Below are positions 8,647 through 17,364 of a stretch of DNA of 64,000 bases, one piece after another (within the stretch, counting starts at the first letter, position 1; each line of letters begins with the position of its first letter). The translations under genes were made by a program, and so were the position numbers. The notes beneath the pieces were generated by a model, which worked only from the letters and a program-made list of their open reading frames with translations, ran no database searches and was not told the DNA's origin. Source of the stretch: an uncultured Parvibaculum sp. (lineage in GTDB: Bacteria > Pseudomonadota > Alphaproteobacteria > Parvibaculales > Parvibaculaceae); NCBI RefSeq assembly GCF_963975745.1, contig NZ_CAXBIB010000007.1, positions 33,340 through 97,339 of the forward strand, written 5' to 3'.

Positions 8647-9754
8647 GCCACTTCTGGTGCTGGTGGATCGCGCCTTCGAGATGGCTGAGGCGGCCGGGCG
8701 CAGCAGTGGCGCTCTGAAGGCCCTTCTGCACGCCGTCGCAGGCAACGATGTCTTCCATATGCACGGCGAAGGTGCCTTCGCGCAGGAAGGTCTTCAGCGT
8801 CTCCACGTCCGGCACGTCAAGCGAGGACGGATGCGCGAGGAGATAGACGGTGAGCTTGAAACGATCGACGCCACCGATCTCCATGCGGTACCAGACGACG
8901 CTGTCGGCAAGCACCGCAAGCAGCATCGAGGGATAGACGTTGAAGACCGAGAAACCGCGCCGCGCATGATCGGGGATGCCGTCGAGCGGCTTGAAAAGCG
9001 TGTCTGACAGGCCGTTGTCCCTGTGCGGCATGCGCAGCGCCGCATAAGGCGCATTGGTCTCCTCGGCCCGGGAGATCGCGGCCGGGTAATTCGGCTCGAA
9101 GGTTTCGGGATGGATGGCGAAGTGGTGATAGGCCTCCATGAAATTGTCGACCAGCACCTTCCAGTTGTAAGGCTGGTCGAACTCGATCCGGCCGACGATT
9201 TCCATCTCGTCCATCTTCCAGGGCGCGAATTCCTCGGCGAGCGGCGCGAGCGACTGCGCGAGCGGCGCGGCATCGCCGCCCAGATTGACGAAGATGAAGC
9301 CGTTCCAGACCTCGCAGCCGAAGGACGGCAGCGAACAATTCTCATGCTCGAAGCCTTCCGCCTTGTCCATCAGGGGCGCGGCCATCAGCGAGCCGTCGAG
9401 CGCATAGGTCCATTTGTGGTAGGGACAGGAAATCGTGCCGCCGCTCTCCGCACCGCTGCCGAGCAGCATCCATCGGTGACGGCAGACGGCGGAAAGCGCG
9501 CGCACTTCGCCCGCCTTGCCGCGCACGATCAGCAGCGGCTCGCCCGCGACGTCGATGCGGAAGCGGTCGCCGGGATGAGGGATTTCCGAGGCGCGGCCGA
9601 CCGCGACCCAGTGGCGCCGGAAGACGCGCTCGCTCTCGAGCGCGAAGATCTCGGGCGCGGTGTAGAAGGCCGGCGGCAGCGTCGAAGCCTTTGCGAGCGG
9701 CGGCGCAACGGCAGCCTCTCCAGCCTCGAGCAGGGCCTGGGTTTCGGGGGTCAT
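8621..9754 (-). CDS. Rieske [2Fe-2S] non-haem-iron oxygenase, alpha-subunit type
   Basis: Rieske motif CRHRWMLL...(17 aa)...CPYHKWTY, and a mononuclear-iron block NFMEAYHHFAIHPETF. The ORF-track start at 9763 is TTG; I prefer the ATG at 9754 (MTPETQ). Confidence 0.85.
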   Translation of the reverse strand: MTPETQALLEAGEAAVAPPLAKASTLPPAFYTAPEIFALESERVFRRHWVAVGRASEIPHPGDRFRIDVAGEPLLIVRGKAGEVRALSAVCRHRWMLLGSGAESGGTISCPYHKWTYALDGSLMAAPLMDKAEGFEHENCSLPSFGCEVWNGFIFVNLGGDAAPLAQSLAPLAEEFAPWKMDEMEIVGRIEFDQPYNWKVLVDNFMEAYHHFAIHPETFEPNYPAAISRAEETNAPYAALRMPHRDNGLSDTLFKPLDGIPDHARRGFSVFNVYPSMLLAVLADSVVWYRMEIGGVDRFKLTVYLLAHPSSLDVPDVETLKTFLREGTFAVHMEDIVACDGVQKGLQSATAAPGRLSHLEGAIHQHQKWLMAELARP

Positions 9755-9860
9755 GCGGGGCAATCCTTATTTTCAACCGTTCGGTCGAAATTAGGTGGCG
9801 GCAGCACGGCTGTCAATGCCGGCGCCCCCGCCCTGCGGCCGGATGCATTGCGCGCTCGAT

Positions 9861-9879
9861 CCCGGGCCCAAGGCCCGGG
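9861..9879 (-). terminator. hairpin CCCGGGCC-CAA-GGCCCGGG downstream of the P450 stop
   Basis: An 8-bp GC stem read directly, about 40 nt after the P450 stop codon on the minus strand. No clear U-tract. Confidence 0.3.
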
Positions 9880-9915
9880 ATGACGCGTCTGGTCCGGTAA
9901 GGCGGGTGCCCGTTT

Positions 9916-11232
9916 CTAGGCCCGGACGACCACCGGCAATTCGGTGATGCCGCGGATGAAGTTGGAGCGCAGATATTTCGGCGCGCCGACGACCTCGACC
10001 TTCTTGAAGCGCTTGAGGATCTCTTCCCAGAGGATGCGCAGCTGCATCTCGCCGACGCGGTTGCCGATGCAGCGATGAATGCCGAAGCCGAAGGAAAGGT
10101 GATGCCGGGCACCTTCGCGATCGATCAGGAACTCATTGGCGCGCTCGATCTTCTCGTCGTCGCGGTTGCCCGAGACGTACCACATCGCGACCTTGTCCCA
10201 CTTCCTGATCTGCTTGCCGCCGAGCTCGGTATCTTCCAGTGCCGTGCGGCACATATGCGCGACCGGGCTCTGCCAGCGGATGATCTCCGAGACCATGTTG
10301 GGAATGAGGCCGGGATCGGCCATCAGCTTGGCATATTCAGCCGGGAACTGGTTGAGCGCCAGCACGCCGCCGGTGATCGAATTGCGCGTCGTGTCGTTGC
10401 CGCCGACGATCAGCAGCAGCATGTTGCCCAGATATTCGTTGGGCGGCATGTTTTTCGTCGACTCGCCATGCGCCAGCAGCGAAATGAGATCGGAACCCGG
10501 ATTCTTCAGCCGGTCCTTCCAGACGCCGTCGAAATATTCATAGCAGGTCCAGAGTTCCTTGAAGGCGTCTTCCGGCGTCTCGAAATATTCGGGATCGCCG
10601 ATCCGCTCGACCGTGTCCGACCAGTGGATCAGCTTGTGGCGGTCTTCCTGCGGCACGTTGAAAAGCGTGGCGAGCGTCCGGCCCGTCAGCTCGACCGAGA
10701 CCTCGCGCACCCAGTTGAAGGTTTCGCCCTGGGGCAGCGCGTCGAGGATGATCCCCGCACGCTCGCGGATCAGCGGCTCGAGTTCGGCAAGATTCTGCGG
10801 CGTGAACATCGGCTGCACGACCTTGCGCTGCACGTCGTGCTTGGGCGGGTCTTCCATGATGAACATCGGCAGATAGGTCAAGGGATCGGGCTCGCCCTCG
10901 ATGCGCTGGCCGCCAAGCCGGATGCCGCCATTGCGGATGTCGGAGGAAAAAATCTTGTGACTGGTGTCGACATGCATGATGTCGTCATATTTCGTCACCG
11001 ACCAGTAGCGGCCATAGGGACCGTTTTCGGAAAGATGGACCGGGTCTTCCTTCCGCAGCCGTTCGAAATAGGGCAAGGCCTTGTTGGCGGCGAAAAGATC
11101 GTCATGTGCAGGATCGAGCTCTTCGAGCGGGATCGACCAGGGATCCCGGTTGACGTCGATCTTCCACTTGGCCGCCATGTCGGCATTCTTGCGGGTGTAA
11201 TCCCGGCCAGGCGCCACATTTTCTTCGCTCAT
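9916..11232 (-). CDS. cytochrome P450, CYP153-like (alkane/terpene hydroxylase family)
   Basis: Haem-ligand motif FGFGIHRCIGNRVG. The I-helix LLIVGGNDTTRNS, the EIIRWQSP (ExxR) block and the C-terminal LRILWEEILKRF match my recollection of CYP153 proteins. GGAGA lies upstream of the ATG at 11232. Confidence 0.9.
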   Translation of the reverse strand: MSEENVAPGRDYTRKNADMAAKWKIDVNRDPWSIPLEELDPAHDDLFAANKALPYFERLRKEDPVHLSENGPYGRYWSVTKYDDIMHVDTSHKIFSSDIRNGGIRLGGQRIEGEPDPLTYLPMFIMEDPPKHDVQRKVVQPMFTPQNLAELEPLIRERAGIILDALPQGETFNWVREVSVELTGRTLATLFNVPQEDRHKLIHWSDTVERIGDPEYFETPEDAFKELWTCYEYFDGVWKDRLKNPGSDLISLLAHGESTKNMPPNEYLGNMLLLIVGGNDTTRNSITGGVLALNQFPAEYAKLMADPGLIPNMVSEIIRWQSPVAHMCRTALEDTELGGKQIRKWDKVAMWYVSGNRDDEKIERANEFLIDREGARHHLSFGFGIHRCIGNRVGEMQLRILWEEILKRFKKVEVVGAPKYLRSNFIRGITELPVVVRA

Positions 11233-11303
11233 CGACTTTCTCCCTGAATTTCCTGCCTCCCTTCTACATCTAATGCGCGGAAAAGCGGAATCGAGTCCCG
11301 GAC

Positions 11304-11996
11304 TCAGGACCAGGAAAAATCGGCCGCTTCGGCTTTCACGGCCTCGACGCTGCGTCCGCCCGCCAGCACGCCGCGCGTCAGCAGCGTTGCGACCGTGTCG
11401 GCCGTGGCCGCGATGCGGGCCCGGTTGCGACGTTCGGCCCAGGTGACCGAATATTCGGTGGCCGCCAGAAGCGCCTGCGCCACGACCGGCACATCGCAGG
11501 CGGCGAATTCGCCCCCGGCCACGCCTGCCTCGAGCCGCGCCGCAAGCCAGCCGATCAGCTGCTCGCGCTGCCTTGCATAGGCCTGCATCCGCGCATCGCC
11601 GAGATGGCCATGATTGATCAGCCAGGTGCAGTCATAGGATGCCGCACAGAGCAGTTCGACATCGCAACGCAGATAGAGAAAGAGACGTGCGGCCTCGGAA
11701 AGATCGGCCGCTTCGAGCCGCGCCTGCGTCGCCAGCGCCGGACCGAGCACGTCCTCGATCATCGCGTAGACGATGTCGTCCTTGGACGGAAAATAATAAT
11801 AGAGCGAGGCCTTTTTCAGTCCCGCCTCGGCGGCGATTTCGCGCACCGAGGCACCCGCGATGCCCTTCTCGCGAAAGAGCCGGGCGGCCGCCGCAATGAT
11901 GTCGGCTTTCGGGTCGGCGGCGGCGGGGGCCGCGATGGCACGCGGGCGGCCGACGGCACGGCTTGCCGGTTTCCGTTTGCCGTTGCTGGCTTTCAC
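11304..11996 (-). CDS. TetR/AcrR-family transcriptional regulator
   Basis: HTH block IIAAAARLFREKGIAGASVREIAAEAGLKKASLYYYFPSKDDI. The ORF track extends this to 12584, which would overlap the sulfatase gene. I use the in-frame GTG at 11996 (VKASNGKRK). Confidence 0.8.
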   Translation of the reverse strand: MKASNGKRKPASRAVGRPRAIAAPAAADPKADIIAAAARLFREKGIAGASVREIAAEAGLKKASLYYYFPSKDDIVYAMIEDVLGPALATQARLEAADLSEAARLFLYLRCDVELLCAASYDCTWLINHGHLGDARMQAYARQREQLIGWLAARLEAGVAGGEFAACDVPVVAQALLAATEYSVTWAERRNRARIAATADTVATLLTRGVLAGGRSVEAVKAEAADFSWS

Positions 11997-12129
11997 GCTC
12001 AATTCGCCCTGCCCTTCCGCCGGAGACGGCGGAAAAGCTAGCACAGGAACGCACCGGATGGACAAGGCGCGGCCCTGTCCGCCTGTACGCCGTGCCGAAA
12101 GGCGATCGGCTTCGTGCGCCGCGCAGCCC

Positions 12130-13794
12130 TCAGTTCGGCCAGTAGATGTATTCGTCGTCTTCCGCCTGCGGCTCGCGCAGGCTCTTGTCGATCGAGACCG
12201 GCATCTCGACGCGCGAGGGCCAGGCGGGTTCGGCCTGTTCGGCATTATGCGCATCGAGCAGTGCCGCAAGCTCGGCGACCTTTTCCGGCATCGCGGCGGC
12301 GAGATTGTTCTGCTCGGTGCGATCGTTTTCGAGATCGAAGAGCCAGACGGCGTCGGGCCGCTCGGTGCGCTGCAGTTTCCAGCCGCGATGCAGCACGGTC
12401 TGATAATGCCCGCTGCGCCAGAACAGCGTTTCATGCAGCGGGCTTTCGGCGTCGTCGAGCACCGCCAGCAGATTGCGCCCGTCGACGACACGATCGCGCG
12501 GCACCTCGGCGCCGGCGATGGCGGCCGCGGTCGCATAGATGTCGAAATGATGCACCGGATGATCGTAGGTGAGGCCGGGTGCAATCTTTGCCGGCCACTT
12601 CACGAAGAAGGGCACGCGGATGCCGCCACCGAAAAAGGTCGCCTTCCAGCCGCGATAGGGATCGTTGATCTCCGGCAGGCCGATGTAATGCGCACCGCCA
12701 TTGTCGGAGGTGAAGATGACGACCGTGTTGTCCTCAAGCCCGTTTTCCTTGAGCGCCGCGAGCACCTCGCCGACGCCACGGTCGAGCGCGCGGATCATCG
12801 CCGCATAGACGCGCAGCGTATGGTCCTCGATATGGGACAGTGCGTCGTAGTCTTCCTGCGTCGCCTGCAGGGGCGTGTGCGGCGCCCAATGCGCGAGATA
12901 GAGGAAGAAGGGACGGTTCCTGTTGGCCTCGATCGCCTTGACCGCCTGATCGGTGAAATAGTCGGTGAGATAACGGTCGGGTGCGAAGCGCGGCCCGCCG
13001 TTCTTGCGCACGGCAAAGCGCATATTGGCCCAGAGGAAGCGGTCGATCGGATCGAAATCGTTGCGCGCCTCGACGGAGGCCGGGTCGTCGAGATCGAGAT
13101 AGAGGCCCGATGCCATCAGCAGGCTTTCATCGAAACCCTGGTCGTAGGCGGCCATGCCGTTGGTCTCGCCGAGATGCCATTTGCCGATATGGAGAGTGCG
13201 GTAGCCGGCCTCCTGCAGCAGATTGCCCATCGAGATCTCGCTCTGGGGCATGCCCATTTCGGTGAAATGAAGCTCCTCGCCCGGCGCATCCCGCAGCACG
13301 GTGCGGCGCAGCGCATTCTCGTCTTCGGCCGCAAAGCGCGTGGTGATCTGCGCCATGCCGGGCGGCATCGGCGTGAATTCGAAGCCGAAACGCGTCGGGT
13401 AACGCCCCGACATCATGGCCGCGCGCGAGGGCGCGCAGGTACCGCTGCCCGAATAGCCATGCGAGAGCACGAGGCCCGATTTCGCGATCGAGTCGATATG
13501 GGGCGTCGGGACCGTGCCGCCGGCGACACCGCCGCCATTGAAGGTGATGTTGTTCCAGCCGAGATCGTCGGCGACGATCAGCACGATATTGGGCGGGCGG
13601 CTTTCGGCCGGCGCCGACGGCGCATCCGGGCCGGACTGCCATTCGACCGCCTGGTTGGGACCGATCGGGTCGCGCCAGTCCATGATCATGGCCGGAAGCT
13701 GGATCGCATAGCGATCAAAAGCGAACCAGCCGGCTGCCAGCACCACGACGAGCGACCCGCCTGCGACTGCCCAGCCCCGTTTTCCGATTTTCAT
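12130..13794 (-). CDS. sulfatase (arylsulfatase-family, formylglycine-dependent)
   Basis: NIVLIVADDLGWNN plus the sulfatase signature CAPSRAAMMSGRYP (C-x-P-x-R). N-terminal membrane/signal segment WAVAGGSLVVVLAAGWFAF. I prefer the ATG at 13794 (MKIGKRG), which follows a G-rich SD. Confidence 0.85.
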   Translation of the reverse strand: MKIGKRGWAVAGGSLVVVLAAGWFAFDRYAIQLPAMIMDWRDPIGPNQAVEWQSGPDAPSAPAESRPPNIVLIVADDLGWNNITFNGGGVAGGTVPTPHIDSIAKSGLVLSHGYSGSGTCAPSRAAMMSGRYPTRFGFEFTPMPPGMAQITTRFAAEDENALRRTVLRDAPGEELHFTEMGMPQSEISMGNLLQEAGYRTLHIGKWHLGETNGMAAYDQGFDESLLMASGLYLDLDDPASVEARNDFDPIDRFLWANMRFAVRKNGGPRFAPDRYLTDYFTDQAVKAIEANRNRPFFLYLAHWAPHTPLQATQEDYDALSHIEDHTLRVYAAMIRALDRGVGEVLAALKENGLEDNTVVIFTSDNGGAHYIGLPEINDPYRGWKATFFGGGIRVPFFVKWPAKIAPGLTYDHPVHHFDIYATAAAIAGAEVPRDRVVDGRNLLAVLDDAESPLHETLFWRSGHYQTVLHRGWKLQRTERPDAVWLFDLENDRTEQNNLAAAMPEKVAELAALLDAHNAEQAEPAWPSRVEMPVSIDKSLREPQAEDDEYIYWPN

Positions 13795-13827
13795 GTGCCC
13801 CCCCGACCGACGCGTGATCAAAGATTC

Positions 13828-13842
13828 TAATGTTACACATTA
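13828..13842. promoter_or_regulatory. AT-rich inverted repeat TAATGT-TAC-ACATTA in the sulfatase/fadB-like divergent intergenic region (candidate operator)
   Basis: Read directly. It is the only strongly AT-rich patch in the 195-bp divergent region 13795-13989. Confidence 0.35.
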
Positions 13843-13989
13843 ACAAGTCAACCTCCGCCGGCCGTACGCTGTTCAGCCGCCAACCGGAGCCGTCGATGGC
13901 TGCACAGCGCCGCGTCTGGCGCGGTCCGGGCCCGCCGCTATAATCCCGGCCTCAAAACACCAGAAGAACAACCGCCGGGAGGCCCCTCC

Positions 13990-16068
13990 ATGACCAAGAT
14001 CAACGATGTCGCCACGCTGGAAAAAGACGGCGAGGTCGCCGTCCTGACGCTGAACTCGCCGCCCGTCAACGCGCTTTCGGCGCCGGTGCGCGAAGGCATC
14101 ACCAACGGCATCAAGCAGGCGATCGACGACGCGGACGTCAAGGCGATCGTGCTGATCTGCGACGGGCGCACCTTCATCGCCGGCGCCGACATCACCGAAT
14201 TCGGCAAGGCGCCGAAGGGTCCGAGCCTGTTCGACGCGCAGGCCATGATCGAGAACGCACCGAAACCGGTCATCGCCGCGATTCACGGAACGGCGCTGGG
14301 CGGCGGCCTCGAAGTGGCACTGACCTGCCATTACCGCGTGGCGGTGCCCTCGGCCAAATGCGGATTGCCGGAAGTCAATCTCGGCCTGCTGCCAGGCGCC
14401 GGCGGCACGCAGCGCCTGCCGCGCATCGTCGGTGCCGAAAAGGCGCTTGAGATGGTAACCAGCGGCCAACATGTCGGCGCCAGGAAGTGCCTCGAAATGG
14501 GTCTGGTAGACGAACTGGCCGAGGAGGGCAAGCTGCGCGAGGGCGCCGTCGCCTTCGCCAACAAGATCGTTGCCGAGAAGCGGCCGCTGAAGAAGGTGCG
14601 CGACCTCAACGACAAGGTCGAAGCGGCCCGCGGCAAGCCGGAAATCTTCGCCGATTTCCGCAAGGCCAATGCCCGCAAGTTCCGCGGCTTCCTGGCGCCC
14701 GAATACAACATCCAGTGCATCGAGGCGGCGGTGAACCTGCCCTTCGACGAAGGCATCAAGGTCGAGCAGAAGCTCTTCCGCGAACTGGTGACCGGCACGC
14801 AGTCGGCCGCACAGCGCCATGTCTTCTTCGCCGAACGCCAGGTGTGGAAACTGCCGGACGTGCCGGCCGACACGCCGACGATCCCGGTCGAGAAGGTCGG
14901 CATCATCGGCGCCGGCACGATGGGCGGCGGTATCGCCATGAACTTCCTCAATGTCGGCCTGCCCGTCACCATCGTCGAGACCAAGCAGGAAGCACTCGAC
15001 CGCGGCGTTGCCACGATCCGCAAGAATTACGAAAACTCGGCGAAAAAAGGCCGCTTCCCGATGGAGGAAGTCGAGAAGCGCATGGGCCTCCTCAAGGGTT
15101 CGCTCGACATGAAGGACCTTGCCGACAGCGACCTCGTGATCGAGGCGGTGTTCGAGAACATGGACATCAAGAAGCAGGTGTTCGGCAAGCTCGACGAAAT
15201 CGTCAAGCCGGGCGCAATCCTGGCGACCAACACCTCGGCCTTGAACATTGACGAGATCGCGACCGCCGTGAAGCGGCCGGAAGCGGTGATCGGCCTGCAC
15301 TTCTTCTCGCCGGCCAATGTGATGCGCCTGCTCGAAGTCGTGCGTGCCGACAAGACCTCGAAGCCCGTCATTGCGACCTCGATGCAGATCGCCAAGAAGA
15401 TCGGCAAGATCGCCGCGCTGGTCGGCGTCTGCCCCGGCTTCGTCGGCAACCGCATTCTGGCCCAGCGCCAGCGCGAGGCCCAGAAGCTGATCCTCGAAGG
15501 AGCGATGCCCTGGGATGTCGATCGCGTGCTCTACGATTTCGGCCTGCCGATGGGCCCCTTCGCAATGTCGGACCTTGCCGGCCTCGATATCGGCTGGTCG
15601 AAGGAGAAGTCGAAGGGTGAAACGATCCGCGACGTGCTTTGCGAGATGGACCGCCGCGGCCAGAAGACGGGCGCCGGCTTCTACGACTATGACGAAAACC
15701 GCAACGCGAAGCCCTCGCCGGTCGTCGAGAAGATCATTCTCGACTTCGCCCAGAAGAAGGGCATCAACCGCCGCAAGATTTCCGATGAGGAAATCCTCGA
15801 GCGCTGCATCTATCCAATGATCAACGAGGGCGCCAAGATTCTCGAAGAGGGCAAGGCGATCCGTTCCTCCGACATCGACATCGTCTGGATCAACGGCTAC
15901 GGATTCCCGGTCTATCGTGGCGGTCCGATGTTCTATGGCGACACGGTGGGCGCCGACAAGGTGCTGGCCAAGATGAAGGAATTCCAGGCGCAGATGGGCG
16001 ACGACTTCAAGCCCGCCGCACTTCTGGAAAAGATCGTCGCCGAGGGCAAGAAGTTCTCCGACTTCTGA
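13990..16068 (+). CDS. bifunctional enoyl-CoA hydratase / 3-hydroxyacyl-CoA dehydrogenase (FadB/FadN-like)
   Basis: N-terminal crotonase fold (FIAGADITEF, IAAIHGTALGGGLEVAL) followed by an NAD-binding dehydrogenase (VGIIGAGTMGGGIA). GGGAGG SD before the ATG. Confidence 0.9.
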   Translation: MTKINDVATLEKDGEVAVLTLNSPPVNALSAPVREGITNGIKQAIDDADVKAIVLICDGRTFIAGADITEFGKAPKGPSLFDAQAMIENAPKPVIAAIHGTALGGGLEVALTCHYRVAVPSAKCGLPEVNLGLLPGAGGTQRLPRIVGAEKALEMVTSGQHVGARKCLEMGLVDELAEEGKLREGAVAFANKIVAEKRPLKKVRDLNDKVEAARGKPEIFADFRKANARKFRGFLAPEYNIQCIEAAVNLPFDEGIKVEQKLFRELVTGTQSAAQRHVFFAERQVWKLPDVPADTPTIPVEKVGIIGAGTMGGGIAMNFLNVGLPVTIVETKQEALDRGVATIRKNYENSAKKGRFPMEEVEKRMGLLKGSLDMKDLADSDLVIEAVFENMDIKKQVFGKLDEIVKPGAILATNTSALNIDEIATAVKRPEAVIGLHFFSPANVMRLLEVVRADKTSKPVIATSMQIAKKIGKIAALVGVCPGFVGNRILAQRQREAQKLILEGAMPWDVDRVLYDFGLPMGPFAMSDLAGLDIGWSKEKSKGETIRDVLCEMDRRGQKTGAGFYDYDENRNAKPSPVVEKIILDFAQKKGINRRKISDEEILERCIYPMINEGAKILEEGKAIRSSDIDIVWINGYGFPVYRGGPMFYGDTVGADKVLAKMKEFQAQMGDDFKPAALLEKIVAEGKKFSDF

Positions 16069-16093
16069 GCGCTCGCCGGATGGAAACGAAAAG

Positions 16094-16126
16094 CGGGGCG
16101 GCCATCGGGCCGCCCCGTTTGCATTT
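16094..16126 (+). terminator. rho-independent terminator after the fadB-like gene
   Basis: 10-bp stem CGGGGCGGCC / GGCCGCCCCG with loop ATCG, followed by TTTGCATTT. A second perfect 16-bp palindrome GCCGCGCCGGCGCGGC sits at 16127-16142. Confidence 0.6.
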
Positions 16127-16186
16127 GCCGCGCCGGCGCGGCACCATCGCCGGCAACAACAAGAATCCTGCAGGGAGGAACGGCAG

Positions 16187-16555
16187 ATGAGCGCCAATGA
16201 AAAGATCATCCGCGATTTCGTCGATGCCTGGCCGCGTCTCGATGTCGACGAGATCACCGGCTATTTCGCCGCGGACGGCGTCTATCACAACATGATGCTC
16301 GATCCGGTGGCAGGCCAGACGGCGCTGAAGGGCTTCATTGGCGCCTTCATCGCCAACTGGTCGGATGTGAAGTGGGAGATCCTGACACTGGTCTCGAAAG
16401 GCGACACGGTGATTGCCGAGCGCGTCGACCGCATGAAGGTCGACGGCAAGCCGGTGGCGCTGCCCTGCTGCGGCGTCTTCGAAATGGAGAACGGCAAGAT
16501 CAAGGTCTGGCGTGACTATTTCGACCTCGCGACCTTCTCGAAAGCCGCGAACTGA
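16187..16555 (+). CDS. limonene-1,2-epoxide-hydrolase-like (SnoaL/NTF2-fold) protein
   Basis: VYHNM, AERVDR and GKIKVWRDYFDL align with the Tyr/Asn, Arg-x-Asp and Asp catalytic positions I recall for Rhodococcus LEH (MYQNM, TERVDV, WRDYFDL). AGGGAGG SD. Confidence 0.7.
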   Translation: MSANEKIIRDFVDAWPRLDVDEITGYFAADGVYHNMMLDPVAGQTALKGFIGAFIANWSDVKWEILTLVSKGDTVIAERVDRMKVDGKPVALPCCGVFEMENGKIKVWRDYFDLATFSKAAN

Positions 16556-16562
16556 CCTTGGC

Positions 16563-17306
16563 CTAGAAGTCCCAGCCCGGCCCCGGGATCGCGCGATAGG
16601 CCTGGGTCAGTGCATCCGACCATGAACGGCGCAGATCGGCGAAATAGGGATCGTCATCCTTGATGCGCCGCTGCAGCGCGACCTTCAGTGCCTTGCGGCG
16701 ATAAACCATCAGGTCGATCGGCATGCCGACCGAGAGGTTGGAACGCATGGTCGAATCCATCGAGATCAGCGCCAGCTTCAGCCCGTCGCCGAGATCGGTA
16801 TCGTAGCTGAGCGCGCGGTCGATGATCGGCTTGCCGTATTTGTGCTCGCCGATCTGCAGATAGGGCGTGTCCTCGGTCGCTTCGATGTAGTTGCCGGCCG
16901 AATAGACCTGGAACAGGCGCAACTCGCCATTGCCGACCTGGCCGCCCAGAAGAATCGAAACGTTGAAATCGCCGGCCTGCGCCTCGAGCGAGGGGCCGTC
17001 GGTGCGATAGACGTCGCGCACGGCCTGCCCCATCAACTGCGCGGCGCGCACCATGGTCGGCACGGTGTGCAGCGTTTCGAGCTCCTCGCCGTCGCCGAGC
17101 CTGACACCCTGCTCGACCGCCCGGTTGACGGCCGCCTGGCTGACCGCGAGATTGCCGGCCGTCATCAGCCCGATCACCCGGTCGCCCGGATGTTCGATGA
17201 CGGTCAGCTTGCGGAAGGTGGAGATGTTGTCGACGCCCGCATTGGTGCGGGTATCGGCCAGCATCACAAGGCCGCCTTCGAGCCGAAGCGCGACGCAATA
17301 GGTCAT
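16563..17306 (-). CDS. Anbu-type proteasome beta-subunit homologue (Ntn hydrolase)
   Basis: The protein begins MTYCVALRLEGGLVMLADTRTNAG, so Thr directly follows Met (Ntn nucleophile, no propeptide). It is the last gene of the ATP-grasp/alpha-E/transglutaminase operon. The ORF-track N-terminal extension to 17771 overlaps the transglutaminase gene and is Arg/Ala-rich. Confidence 0.8.
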   Translation of the reverse strand: MTYCVALRLEGGLVMLADTRTNAGVDNISTFRKLTVIEHPGDRVIGLMTAGNLAVSQAAVNRAVEQGVRLGDGEELETLHTVPTMVRAAQLMGQAVRDVYRTDGPSLEAQAGDFNVSILLGGQVGNGELRLFQVYSAGNYIEATEDTPYLQIGEHKYGKPIIDRALSYDTDLGDGLKLALISMDSTMRSNLSVGMPIDLMVYRRKALKVALQRRIKDDDPYFADLRRSWSDALTQAYRAIPGPGWDF

Positions 17307-17364
17307 CGAACTCTCCCGGTTCCGCCCGGCCGACAGCCGGGCCCCCCTGTTGCTTGTTGCCGTG

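Noticed and set aside
11304-12584. 426-aa ORF as a single protein
   Set aside because: Only the C-terminal 230 aa look like a protein (TetR HTH). The N-terminal extension overlaps the 3' end of the sulfatase gene and is Arg/Pro/Ser-rich. An in-frame GTG at 11996 gives a normal-sized TetR.
13873-16257. 794-aa minus-strand ORF opposite the fadB-like gene. Similar long antisense ORFs occur at 1814-3340, 3379-5019, 6682-8745, 11860-13830, 50656-52131 and 55464-56465.
   Set aside because: Each is exactly antisense to a CDS carrying diagnostic motifs. All have low-complexity, Arg-rich translations and lack SD-like sequences. They were treated as non-coding shadows.
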